A DNA stretch of 64,000 bases from Octopus vulgaris (lineage: Eukaryota), in NCBI GenBank assembly GCA_951406725.2, contig OX597827.1, positions 25,792,001 to 25,856,000 of the forward strand, given 5' to 3'. The stretch's first letter is position 1; each line of letters starts with the position of its first letter. This document shows positions 1 to 13,400 of the stretch, piece by piece. Position numbers and translations under genes: made by a program. The notes beneath the pieces are model-generated. The model was not told the DNA's origin. It searched no databases and was given only the letters and a program-made list of their open reading frames with translations.

Positions 1-252
1 ATCAATTCTATAAATTAGTAACGTTGGTAAAACTCTATGGTTTCTCTTTTATACATTTCTACCTACATCTTTACTAAAGCTACTGTTTCCTTCTTAATCA
101 TAACATCTTTATGACATATATATGTGCGTGTGGTTTGTGCGTACGCGATTGTTAGTGCGCCTGCTGATAGCCAGGTCTATATAATTCCCTCTCTCTCTGT
201 CCCTCTGTCTCTATGTAGCTATCTCTCTATTATCTATCTATCTATCTATCTA

Positions 253-322
<70 letters not shown>

Positions 323-2133
323 CACATCCATACCTACATACAATGTATATGCATATATGTACATACGTATTTATTTGTGTGTATTTGCGTGTGCGTGTGT
401 ATGTATGCTTAAATGAACGTATGTACTCATATAAGCTCACATCCATCTATGGCGGGCGAAGTGTAAATCTGTCATCCTAATTTGTAGAAATCAATCTCTA
501 CCTTCATTTGAAAGTTTCTTTTAGCCGATACGCACATCTGTTTGATTCTCTGAGATCAGAAACGTCTTTGATGATTACTTGGTTAAACATTGTCACTTTT
601 AGCCTCTGAATTCAGTGAATAACTGATGAAAAAAACGTTATTTTTTATTCCGTATTTTCTCTTTTCTTTTCCTTCCTGTTTTAGTTGCCCTTGACAGATG
701 ACTAATGAAAGACTTCGAAATTACAAGTTACTTACATTATGTCAGATCAAATATCGTCAGCCAGAACAAAAATATGTGGAAAATGGATATTTTTCTCTCT
801 TTCATGAGCAATGATGATCGATAGTTTTCTGGTTCTAATATAGCTGCGTTTGCCGTGTATTTTCAATGGAATGCAAATTGCGCTACTTAATTTACCCGTG
901 TCACAGTTCTTATGTCCGAGGAGTGCCCAGAAATTTGAAATCTCAAGTGAGTTCGCATTAAACGATTCTACAACGTTAAATCTAATGGTAAAATTAAATT
1001 TCATTGAGGACAACCTCGATGAACTTGCACTAAAATAAAAAGAGCAAATATACAAGTTCTTCGCACTTAACTCCATATATATTTTTTCTCTAGCGTGAAC
1101 ATTTTTTTAGCAGCTTGAGCCGATGCATAGATGGCAGACAGAGAGAAGAACACAAGGGTTGATGTAATACATGCTCAAATATATGGCATCGTAATACCAA
1201 TATAAATACTATTAAGCATAGAATCACTACCGTTGCATCAGAAATGTACGTTCGCCAGACAATAAATATCAACAGCTATTATTAGTAATAGTAGTAGTAG
1301 CGGCAGCAGCAATTGTATTAGTAGTAGTATTATTATTAGTAGTAGTAGTCTTTCTAGATCCCTACCACATTACGATTATAAATAAAAACTTGTGAAAATA
1401 ATTCAGTGGAAGCCATCGCATGAGAAACTACGCGGAAGTAAATTCTAACACACTTAATCCAGAGATCTTCAGAAAGCGAAATAAAATTAATTATACGGTG
1501 AGAAAAAGAAAATCTCACCACCATTTTTAGTCAATGATTAATTTTGTGGAAACTTTATAGATGTACATAAGATAAATCAGGCATATTTTCTCCTTATTCT
1601 ATCATCAATAGCAAACACGTATTTATTTATACGTAACTTGTTATTTCTCTTTGAAATAACTACGGAGTGGTTTTTTTAATGAGTGCAGCGTCTCTATGAA
1701 ACGAAATTATATTGTTCTAGTCTTGTACATTACTTAGTGATTCTTTCATCCTTTTATCAATACTTTGATAACGGGGGAAATGTTGCGTTTCAATTATGTT
1801 GCTAGAACAATACAAAATATGGCAGCAGTGGTCCCTGGTATGTCGAAAAAAGAAAGAAATAATATAATTGTACGAAAATTCATTTTCAATTTTGTTCTCC
1901 GTAATATTGTGCGCTATTTATTTTAGCATTAAATTAATTATTATGTTGATGAGGATACATTTACTAAGACAAAAGAACTCTGTCTTAAATATGACGTGTG
2001 TTTTCATCGTTAAATATCCAACGAATTAAAACGTTGATTGGAACAATCGCTTTAAATATAATCGCACCTGCACACAGACATGCAAACACACACATAAGTA
2101 TGGACATATATTAAGTTATACACACACGTAAAT

Positions 2134-2198
<65 letters not shown>

Positions 2199-2203
<5 letters not shown>

Positions 2204-2350
2204 GTAATATAATATGTGACAATTATTCGGTTGCCATAGTAAAACTCCGAATATGGCAACCGAATAATTGTCAGGTATTATATTACAGATAAATTCCTCT
2301 ATTTACATAATAGCGAGGTCTTATTCATTCTTTTGTTGTCATACCATTAC
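2199..2350 (+). mobile_element. Miniature PLE-derived fold-back (3' end only) in (TA)n
   Basis: Inverted arms 2199-2238 and 2252-2291 with a 13-nt loop. Tail 2292-2350 (aattcctctatttacataata..gaggtct..ttcttttgtt) matches the Penelope tail at 22609-22670. (TA)n on both sides. Confidence 0.8.
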
Positions 2351-2387
<37 letters not shown>

Positions 2388-3849
2388 TTATTTTGATTTA
2401 TCAAATTGTTAATATTTATATTTTCATCTTGATCACTTATCTCAAAAGTATATTTTTTCTGGAATTGTGCACAACATTATTGGGATATTTTATGAATTTG
2501 TTAAAGTTATTGTATGACATAAAGTTTAAGAAAAAAAAAAAAGTTTGCAAAAAATTTTCCTGCTTTCCAAAACTCTGTAACATCGATATTTGATAAAATG
2601 AAAATCTGAGAAGAAAACATATTCCATTAAAGGGCACATCCCAGATAATAACAGGTTGACTGTAAACAGATTCAAATTACAAAAGATATAACTATTATCT
2701 TTAGGTCAAGATATCTAAAGTAAAACCTTAGGCAGAATGAAAATGGTTTAAAAAAATATTTAACAAAACGTAGGCCAATTTGAACACGGATCACGAAAAA
2801 AAGTAAAGCTGCTCTATAATTATTTTCAGAAGGAATTTTATTTCAGAAATGTGTATTCCTTCAATTTAGTTATAAAATTTATAATTTTTTGATTCTAGAT
2901 ATTTTTGTAACAATTGCTTTTCCATATACTTGTTTTGGTTTTTTTTTTTTTGTAACCGTTATTATCTTTTTTTTTTCTTTTCAGAAAATTTAATTTCTAA
3001 ATGCAAACAACTAATTTTCTTGGCGTTATTCCTTTTCCTGAGATTGATTCATCTCGCATTTATAAATATTCTTATATTTCTCACAACTAACCATAGTGAT
3101 TATATGTCTATTTCGAGAAATGATCTTTTTCTAAAGCTCTTCTGCTGAGATTAGACCACTAACTTTCTTCTTTCTGTGTCTAACAACACTAACTTTGGAA
3201 CACAACATTCTCCAATAATTTTAGGAGACATATGTCTAGATATGTTTACGCACGTAGACGAGTTTCTAATTATATTCATATTTAAATTCGATCCATTCGA
3301 TTCTCAAACGTAGTTGAAAAATATCGCTCCATTTAGGAAAGAAATGGAAGATCTCTCTTGAAATCTCCAAAGCGGCACGTAAAATATAAATTGTGCTCCC
3401 TCGTTCTTCGACTGGGTTTTTGTTTGTCAAACTTTGTAGTATTTGAGAGCATCACTTTTATTACCTTGGGTCACTTGCTAGAGGCATTGAGAGAGGAAAT
3501 ACATGACTTGCAACAGCAATCAAATGCGTTGACAGACATCTCAAGCCATCCCCGATATCCGTTCCCGGAGTTCGGTCTAATTAAACCTTTGTCGACTTCG
3601 ATTGAATTTACACAATTACGCAAACACCAAATTAATAACTTATTGGTGTATGGCTCAACTTCAGCTCTCGTTAAAGACTCGAATGGCATTGTTATTTATC
3701 CTAACCATTGACGACCTACAATCATGAACATCCCAATCCATTTGAAGAGCTCACAACCATAATTTTGACAAATTCCACCGTAAGCTATATGATATCTGTT
3801 CCAACTATTGGTTTCGGATTTTGGTACAGAGCTAGCAAGCAAGTACAAG

Positions 3850-4030
3850 GTAAGGAGGTAATTCGATTACGTTTACCTCAGTACTTGACTGGTACTTATT
3901 TTATCGATCCCGAAATTATGAAAGGCAAAGTCGACCTCGGCGGATTTTAACTCAGAATGTACAGACGGATGACATGCTGCCAAGCATTTCATCCGGCGTA
4001 CTAACGATTCGGTTAGCTAGCCGCCTTATA
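3850..4030 (-). mobile_element. tRNA-derived SINE, family A (core gtcgactttgcctttcat...gtcgataaa..aagtaccagt)
   Basis: Reverse complement of the copies at 53172-53800. Confidence 0.75.
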
Positions 4031-4083
4031 GCCAATTGAAATATATACACAAACACATTTTTCTCTAGGCAGTATCGTATATA

Positions 4084-4126
<43 letters not shown>

Positions 4127-4131
<5 letters not shown>

Positions 4132-6008
4132 GCGGCCAAAATGTTCAGAACGGCATTGCTTTCGTCAGAAAAGTAGATATAATTTTTTATCAAAGTTGTT
4201 TTATAATCTATAATTTTCAACGACAATAAATACGATATTATTTGTTATTGCTTGAGATTTTGGTGTAATTTGAGAGGATAATACAAAAGTTATGGATGAT
4301 TTAGTGATTTACTGCAAAACCCATGGCGGTCAAAAGGATCAGAACGGTTGAAAAAATAACAAAATAATCAAAAATGACAGAGAATACTGGAATTATTTAA
4401 TATTTAGTGTGAAGCCCTTTAACTTCAATCACACTCTGACATCTTCGACTGCATGAGGAAATTAAATTTTCAATTTCTTGCTGGGTGATCTTATTCCATT
4501 CTTCCTGAAGGGCATTCCATAATTGCTCAGTTGTTTTAGGATTTCTGGCTTTCGAACGTCCTCCTAGAATATTCCACACATTTTCAATAGGATTGAGAAA
4601 GAAATAATATAATTGTACGAAAATTCATTTTCAATTTTGTTCTCCGTAATATTGTGCGCTATCTATTTTAGCATTAAATTAATTATTATGTTGATGAGGA
4701 TACATTTACTAAGACAAAAGAACTCTGTCTTAAATATGACGTGTGTTTTCATCGTTAAATATCCAACGAATTAAAACGTTGATTGGAACAATCGCTCTAA
4801 ATATAATCGCACCTGCATACAGACATGCAAACACACACATAAGTATGGACATATATTAAGTTATACACACAATCCATAACAATAACCTTTTCAGCCTTGA
4901 GGAAGTTCATGACCACCTTAGCCTTGTGACATGGGGCATTGTCCTGCATGAATATGGGTGGTCGCTTAGTTGAATTTCTCAGCACAGGCAAGACATGATC
5001 TTTTACAAGTTGTTTATAAACACCTGCATTTTACTTTCCATGTAATCGCACCAAAGGGCCCACACCATCTCCAGATATCATTCCCCAAACCATGACACTT
5101 CCTCCACCAAATTTAACACTAGTCTTAAGGCATTTAGGCAACAATTTTTCACCTACTTTTCTACGAAAGTACCATTTCCCATCTGAGCCAAATGACATAA
5201 ACTTAGATTCATCACTGAAATGCACCGTTTGCCATTTTTCTTGAGACCACAACACATGTTCGGTTGCAAAGTTAAGACGACACTTTTTATTCTTGGAGCT
5301 GATCAGTGGCTTCACTGCAGGTGCTCTTGATTGTAGGTCATATTCAACTAAACGACCTGACACAGTTTTTCGAGATAAACTTTTCTTCAGTACAATGTTC
5401 ATTTTCCGAGAAACAGCAGCAGCAGTTTTAAATCTGTCCTTTTTAACCAACTTTACCATAGCACGATCTTCTCTCTTGGTCGTTTTTCTTGGCCTACCTG
5501 TAAACTTTCTTGCTTCACACGAACCACAATCATCGTAGACCTTAAGAATACCGTGTACTACACTTTTTGACTTGTTAACAATCTTTGCAATAGATCCAAT
5601 ACTTAAATTATCCTTCCTTCGAAACTTAATAATCTACTGACGAAATGGTAACGGAGTAAGTGGCATTATATTAACAAAGTACACTGCAAATATTCTTACT
5701 AATGTTTAGTAAACGAACCGTCACGTAAACAAATTCAAAACATTAGAGTTCGCCGGTTAAATATACTAAAACACGAAGTAAAAGCAACCGTCATGATCCT
5801 TTTGGCCGCCATGGGTTTTGCAGTAAATCACTAAATCATCCATAACTTTTGTATTATCATCTCAAATTACACCAAAATCTCAGACAATAACAAATAATAT
5901 CGTATTTATTGTCTTTGAAAATTATAGAATATAAAACAACTTTGATAAAAAATTATATCTACTTTTCTGACGAAAACAATGCCGTTTTGAACATTTTGGC
6001 CGCAACTG
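4127..6008 (-). mobile_element. Tc1-family DNA transposon with IR/DR-type ~224 bp TIRs
   Basis: TIRs 4127-4350 and 5785-6008 ([c/t]agttgcggccaaaatgttc...cgcaactg), TA flanks, and an internal direct repeat gcgg(c/t)caaaa.g.tcagaacgg at both ends of each TIR. Confidence 0.95.
4397..5666 (-). pseudogene. Tc1 (DD34E) transposase, disrupted
   Basis: Motifs VHFSDESKF, SVKFGGGSVMVWG, FMQDNAPCH, LNPIEN(V)WNIL. In-frame stops and a 276 bp insertion at 4596-4871. Confidence 0.92.
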
Positions 6009-6021
6009 TATATATATATAT

Positions 6022-6185
6022 ACAGGATGGGCTTCTTGCAGTTTCGATCAATCAAATCCACTCACAATATTTTGGAAGGCCGGGGCTATAATAGGGAATA
6101 CTCGCCCAAGCTTCCACACTGGAACCGAACCCGAAACCGTGTGGTCAGGAAGCACGCTTCTTTCCACATAACCATCCCTACACCC
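6022..6185 (-). mobile_element. SINE family B (CORE-like) 5' half
   Basis: Reverse complement of the ggttc.gttcca.tg.g...cttggg...gtgagtggatttg head seen at 19150, 27363 and 40165. Confidence 0.7.
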
Positions 6186-7106
6186 ACTACATTATATCTC
6201 ATATTATTTGAAACTGGATCTTCTCATCAACGTATTATCTGGCATTAAATATACACATTTCTAACATCATTGGAATGGAGGGTTAATATGAAACTGAAGT
6301 AAAAACACAATCAATCTGCAAAATCTTAATCTCTGGAACTAAATCGTCTCGAAAATAATGTGTCAGAGAAACAGAGAGATGAATCTTAAATAAATGACTT
6401 TCTAGAGTATTTGCAAAATTCTTAAAGAGAAAAATTCTTAATTAGAAAAAAAAATATTGTGCAAATCATTTGACCCATAATTAATCCTGCCTCGTTTTGA
6501 ATAGACTTGATTTGCTATAGAATAATGCTTTACACACATTAAATGATCTATCATATTGCTATTTATTTAGCGACATTTATAAACTTGTGTTGTCATATGT
6601 TGCGCCTAGATTATCAGTGAATTAAATATGGATGTTAACTCTCATTCCTTCCGAATGCTCAATTATTCTCTTACTACTAAAACGGCCAGAGTCAACGACT
6701 ATTCAGGAGGTTGCGAGAAGCAACGAACATTTTACAAAAAATAGGTAAATGAATGGAAATCGAACCGGTGAGTTTGTTACTTAGTAAAGCATTAAAACAG
6801 AATGATTCTCTCCAGACACAATAAACTAAAACACTAGTATAAGATCTAAAATATCGCATTACAAATAAACTCTCAGGAAGGTTTCTGTCTTATTTTCATC
6901 AATAACAGCCTTTCTTTCAAGTATGATCCAAGAATGAATTACTAAGTTGAGGAAATGATGGTTCTTTTAAAACGAATCGCGCTAGTATTTGACCACTGAT
7001 AGACAAAACGCGAAATCTACATCTGCGAAATTTGAACTCGAAACGTAAAAACCGATGAAACACTGCTAAGTATTTTGATTGGTATGGAAACGATTCTGCC
7101 AGAGTG

Positions 7107-7413
7107 CCACATTTAGATGCAGAAGCGGGAAAGACCACATGTAGATGTAGAAGCTAGAAAGACCACGTTTAGATGTAGAAACGGGAAAGACAACCGTTAG
7201 ATATAGAAGCATGAAAGACCACCTTTAGAGTCAGAAGGGAGAAAGACCACCTTTAGATGTAGAAGCTAGAAAGACCACCTTTAGATGTAGAAGAGAAAAG
7301 ACCACCTTTAGATGTAGAAGAGAAAAGACCACCTTTAGATGTAGAAGCGAAAAAGACTACCTTTAGATGTAGAAGCGAGAAATACCACGTTTAGATGTAG
7401 AAGCGTGAAAGAC
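7107..7413. repeat. Minisatellite, ~28 bp unit CCACCTTTAGATGTAGAAGCGAGAAAGA, ~11 copies
   Basis: Directly visible tandem units with no unique spacers. Confidence 0.9.
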
Positions 7414-7588
7414 TCATTGAATAGCTTATTATTAGAAGAGTTAATCTTAAAACGAGATCTGAATGTTTATCCACTTAGATTTTGATGAAATCTTCTCTCT
7501 TAATACCTGTATAGGTTTGTGTGCGTATGTGTATGTAATGGACGTCGGAACATACAAAAACGTGAAACTCGGAGTGCTATAAGGTAAG

Positions 7589-7651
<63 letters not shown>

Positions 7652-7715
7652 GCACACACACATACACACACACTCACACACGTGCTGATATATATATATA
7701 TATTCACACATATTA

Positions 7716-7758
<43 letters not shown>

Positions 7759-7771
7759 GTATATATATATA

Positions 7772-8430
7772 CGTATTTCAAAATAGAAAATTACCCTTTA
7801 ACAGGCAATTTTAAATGCTAGAAATAGCAGCCAGCACGGCCAAAAAACAACAATTTTTTATACCAAATTTCGAACCAAATGAAAAATAAAAACCTTTACC
7901 TTGTTGGTCTTTCTCGCTTCTACATCTGAAGGTGGTCTTTTTCGCTTCTACATCTGATGGTGGTCTTTTTCGCTTCTACATCTAAAGGTGGTCTTTCTCC
8001 CTTCTGCTTCTAAAGGTGGTTTTCTTGCTTCTACATCTAAAAGTTGTCTTTTTCCCGCTTTTACATCTAAAGGTAATCTTGTCTCTGAGTTATAAGCTAG
8101 TTGTTTAGGCTGGTTACTGACGAGGATTCGCCTGGGAGATAATATGGTCTTGCTAAATTATCTTTTAAAAGATAGCAAACGACATTATTCTGCTTAAGTA
8201 ATCCGAAACCATGGTATAACCGTTATGTAACAAGGTAAATGATTTTCATTTGCTTCGAAATTTGGTATAAAAAATTGTGGTTTTTTGGCCGTGTTGGCTG
8301 CTATTTCTAGCATGTAAAATTGGCTGTTAAAGGGTAATTTCCTATTTTGAAATACGAATATGTTGTCTATTGACTTTTTATACATGCTAGGCCACTGGTG
8401 GTGATATTTATAACGAGTATTCGCCACCCT
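7772..8430 (+). mobile_element. PLE-type fold-back unit with hammerhead, in (TA)n
   Basis: Inverted arms 7772-7905 and 8229-8356, unduplicated tail 8357-8430. The loop holds an inverted minisatellite copy (7906-8082) and a hammerhead. Confidence 0.8.
8112..8221 (+). ncRNA. Type I hammerhead ribozyme, canonical core
   Basis: Stem I ggtta/taacc, core CTGACGA, stem II ggatt/aatcc with a long extension, GAAA, palindromic stem III ACCATGGT, predicted GUA cleavage after 8216. Confidence 0.88.
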
Positions 8431-8497
8431 ATATATATATATATATATATATATACATACATATATACACGCGCACACTCGCTCAGACACACATATG

Positions 8498-8542
<45 letters not shown>

Positions 8543-9109
8543 GTATACATACATATCCATTACATGCACACACACGCACACACACACGCACACACACACA
8601 TCAGAGTCCCTTGTGTCGAGCTCAATACATATCTACTAATAGCTAATAGTTTTTTTCTTCTTAAACATTTGCCACCACCAAATCAATTTAGTTTGAGAAG
8701 TTCCCATTCGTAAAATATTGCTCGCGTACTTACTACCATATTATATATAAATATACTTAATAACTATTTTCTTTATTGTGCTCTACTGTGTTCCTGTCTA
8801 CGCAAAAATCTATCATTCAACTGAAGTCAGAATCAATTTCCTTCTCCCAATATTTGCTGCTTTTTTGGTATTTTTTTTGTAGTTTTATTTTTGTTTTGTC
8901 TTTCTCATATTCGTTAATAACAATAATAACATTGCTTTGGAATTGAGGACTGAAGATAGGAGTAGAGATTTAGACAAACTGATTGCTTGATGCAAGATTT
9001 CTTTTTATTTTCTCTGCGTCGTCTCGTAAGAGAGCTGAGAGGCAAAAAAGGCAAAGGTGGATGGGAGGTAAGGCGAATGTCAATTTCTATCAAAAAACCT
9101 ATAATAATT

Positions 9110-9186
9110 CAGTCGTCGTCATCGTTATCAGCGTTGTAGTCATCATCACCACCACCACCATCACCACCACCACCACCACCACCACC

Positions 9187-9255
<69 letters not shown>

Positions 9256-9352
9256 GTAATCATCATCACCATCATCACCACCATCACCACCATCACCATC
9301 ATCATCAGCATCATCATCACCATCACCACCACCACCTCCACTACCACCACCA

Positions 9353-9391
<39 letters not shown>

Positions 9392-9410
9392 TCTTCATCA
9401 TTGCCCTCAT
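9110..9410. repeat. (CAT)n/(CAC)n trinucleotide array
   Basis: Simple repeat. Confidence 0.95.
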
Positions 9411-11538
9411 TATGCTACAACTGGTAGAATTTTTCTTTTACTTTTCATTTCACACATCCTGACTTAACTTACCCCCTTTATTTAATGTGTTTTAATCTTT
9501 AAATAAAAATCGGAATTAATTAGCTAGCTGCAACAACAACAACAATAACGTAAGCTAAACAAAATCAGCGACGGCAGAAACAATAATGAATATTTTCTAT
9601 AAATTCTTCCATCGATATATGCTTTTGTTGAACATCATCTTTAACCCCTGCTGGGGTTGATTTGCGCTCTAAAGGGTGTCACAGATGAATAATCGGGTAA
9701 GCGATTTCTGTATTAGCATTGTAGCAGAAGCTTGTTCTCTCTTTACCTTTAGCTATCCACATTCTTATTCTTTACTTTTAGATACCCATTTTGACTCACT
9801 ACGTGGTAGTCAGGTCCATTTAGCATTACGCGGACTGTTCACCCCTTAACGCGATAGAATGGCCACGCGTCCCTACATCAGCTTTTTAAGGAACGATTTT
9901 CTCCCTAATTCCTAAGGGAGGTGAATTTGCTGCCAGTGAGATGGATCGTCGACAATGAGAACCGTGTATTCCACTGTGCAGCTCAGCAAGAAGAGGATTG
10001 TAACCAGAATCCTTGATTCTATGCTCTGCGTTTTTCCAACATTTCATCTTCAAATTCTGGAAGCATTTTTGTATCTATGTAACATATCTGACAATTATTC
10101 ATATTCTACCGGTTTATTGTATTTCCCTTTGGCGTCGAAATAAATGTTGCATTGCACTCAACTTTTAACTGGTCTATGTATTGTCTAAATGTTATTCACA
10201 CTGACTCATATTAACCAGAAGACATAATTTACCACGGCTTAAGCCACATTGCAAACATCTTGTTAAAGAATAAACTAATGGCACTGAAATCCTTTGCAGG
10301 TTATGATTATTCTTAATGGCTCCCACGGAAAGATAACTTTCTATTCATCATGTCTATACTGTTCTATGTCGGGTACATGGTCGTTGATATCGACGAGTAA
10401 CATGCGGATTGCGTACAGTGTTGTAAGAATTTCAATCAGCCAATAATTAGTAACTTTCTAGCAGGGATTAGCAAAAGATCTTCCAACAAGTCTTCATATA
10501 AATATATCTTTGACAGATTCACGTTCCATTACAATAAAGCGTTCGCGAAGTGTGGATTTGTGTGTGTATACGTGTGTGTGTGTGTATGTGTGTGTGTGTG
10601 TCAGATGCTATTTCAATGCCTCTTATGTTGCAGTTAGTTGTTTTTGGCAATCAGCATCGCTTCCAACACAGCATGCTCCAAAATAAGAAAAAAAAACCCA
10701 ACACATGCAAACGTCTTCCAAGTTGCCCGTCAAGAACCAGCAAAATTAATCTAATTAGTCATTGAACACCTTTAGAATAATTTCAGTGAAGTGACTCTCA
10801 CATTTACGAACGGATTCCGAGTATGTACGTGACATTCATAGCCAATGTTGTCAAGTGTCACTCGCCACATCATGCACCAGTCGAATACGTTCGTGTTCAG
10901 AGACAGAGAAACATCTTTGTTGTATCCCTCGGTTCTCAGGGAATACAAGAAAGAGTAGCCTGATATTTTTAATCAACTATCCCTCTTAAATTACACATTC
11001 TATAAAATCACTGTATTCATTCTCTGAAGGACGCTACATATTGCAATAATTGTCTGTGTCGCTCAATATATGTAAACTGAGCGATCATATGGCTTCTGGT
11101 AATCCTTGAGTTGTTTGTAGGGTTCTGTAAATTTTAATCCATCAAAACGTCTACAATTCAAAATATAGTACACCTTTTTTAACATGACAGAGTTATCTCC
11201 CCCTTACCAGCACTCACCAAGTAACCGACACTACCACGTGATCCGAACTGGCCAATGGTGGTTCGTTTGACATTCAATATGAAGCATCCACCACAACATC
11301 CGAATGAAAATGTTCAAAAGATCAAACATCATTTGTAGGGTGTGAAGCTTCAATAATGCTATTCTGAGAGATGCTGTCAATAAAAATGATTACACAAAAA
11401 CACACACACACACACGCACACACACACACACACATACACGCACGCACACACATACACATACACGCACGCACATATATATGCACGCATGACTATATGAATA
11501 TATGTATTTACATTATATACAATCATATGTGTGTGTGA

Positions 11539-11579
<41 letters not shown>

Positions 11580-12539
11580 TGCCATTTTAGGAGAATATGA
11601 ACAATGCATATGCGCATAATTTATTTCAGCAAACGGAAATGAAAGAGCATATTCGATAAACATAAGGAAATTTACATTTCTACAACTTAAAGAGAATTGT
11701 TATTGCATTAAAAGCATATGTCTAATTTGAAAACATAGCAAAGTACATCGCTTGAAATAATACGAAACTTTCTCTACAACATTCTGATTATGCAGAGAAT
11801 TTCTATTGATTTTGCTTCTGTATATTTCTCTGGACAATTGCGTGTTGTGCCTTCAGGATACGTCTGTGAATACCAGATTAATTTACCGTTGCTAATCAAC
11901 TCAGATTACTATTTTTCAAATTTAGAGACAAAAATTCATTGTTCGAAATAGTCATTAAATATAATTGTTTTTCGATAAATTCGCCCCAGAACACAAATTT
12001 ATCGAATATGAATTATGAAGTCGGTGGTTTAATTAAAACAGACAAGATACTACTTTCTGAGTATTAATTTTCCTACTGATGTTTTAAGCCAACCAAACAT
12101 TGTTAGATCAGTTGATTGTAATTTTGAACAGAGAGAAAAAAAAATAAGAAAGACAGTGTGAGAGACAGAGAAAAAATTGTTTTGAACTGTGAAGTTCTTT
12201 TATGAATAATTTAAAATTTTATGTCGAAAGACAGAATTTTCTTAAATTGGATGCACGTATACTGGTTAATCAGCATTAATAATACATCAACTTCATTTTT
12301 TTTTTTGTAGGACAGACATATTTCTTTTGATTAATGCATTATTATGATGATGGGGAGAAGACACGGGTGGATGGTAGAATCGGTAGTCAGTTGGTCTATA
12401 TGATTTATTGTATTCAGTTAGACTATGATCACGTCTGCTATTAAAATCCGTTGAGGTCAACTCTGCATTTCACCTTTAGGTTGGCCATCCAATAGCTAGG
12501 TTCGATAGCTTTAATGGACCAGATTAGCTTCAAATTTTC

Positions 12540-12735
12540 GCACAGGGCCAGCACGTTTTAGGTGCGGAGTAAGTCAAACTACACCGAATAACCAGTGTTC
12601 AGATGGTACTTATTTTTCCGGCTCCTATAAGATGATAGGCCATAGTCGACCTCGGCAGAATTTGAACTCAGAGCGTAAAGGCGGACGAAATACTGCTAAG
12701 CCTTTTTCTCGGCGTGCTAACAATTCTGCCAGCTA
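12540..12735 (-). mobile_element. SINE family A
   Basis: gtcgacctcggcagaatttgaactcagagcgtaaag...ggcgtgctaacaattctgccagct. Confidence 0.75.
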
Positions 12736-12859
12736 TAAGTGTTAGCAGTAGTAAATCAGATTACTTTCCAAATATTGTCTTTGCGAAATTACAACTTATA
12801 ATTATATTTGAAAGGATGCATTCCTGAACAACAGAATATGTGCTGTAGCGTACCAGATG

Positions 12860-13400
12860 TACTTACTTGCATTTGTGACGGCGTTCACCCAGGGTGGGTT
12901 GAGCCGGCTTCTTCTCTGGTCCAAACGGCATCACGAACCATGGCGGCCTACGCTTGACGGTCCTCTGTGAGGTCACTGGAAATAGCGAGTCATTCGCGGT
13001 TCCATCTACGCAGATCGACCACCTGCGGACCTGAGAGTTCGGAGAGGACCTCCTTTATCGTCGTTGCCCAGGTCTTCAGCAGCTCACCCGTGCTTTTGCG
13101 CCAGCTGGGAAGTGGAGATGGGAGGCGGAAATCGCGAATCAGCTCACCCTCTGGACGCCGGGCCGCATGACTGAACCAACTTAAGCACCGTTGTAGAAGC
13201 ACCGAAAAGGAGAGCCGGAGATTTAGGCGATGATGAAGACCGGCTGTAGGAACCCGCTCAATGCGTCGGCAGCGAAGAATGAGGCGGTGACAATCATTGT
13301 CGAACACCTCCAGCCTTCGCTGATCAACTACCCTCCTAGGCCATGTTTCACAACCTATCGTACCAGATGCTTCTTCCTCTATTATCGAACACCTTATTTT
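12860..13400 (-). mobile_element. RTE-like LINE 3' fragment
   Basis: GCETWP...RRLEVFDNDC...LSWFSHAARRPEGELIR...LKTWATTIKE is typical of RTE ORF C-termini. It ends in a short (AAGT)n tail near 12860. Confidence 0.75.

Noticed and set aside
615-740. ctgatga / ctaatga...cgaaa motifs
   Set aside because: Required helices are absent.
7107-7413. CRISPR-like 28 bp repeats
   Set aside because: Units are directly adjacent with no unique spacers, there are no cas genes, and the context is eukaryotic; it is a minisatellite.
8983-9462. 159-aa ORF with poly-T/poly-I, and the many YIYI/CVCV/MYVC ORFs across the window
   Set aside because: Translations of microsatellites with no coding signal.
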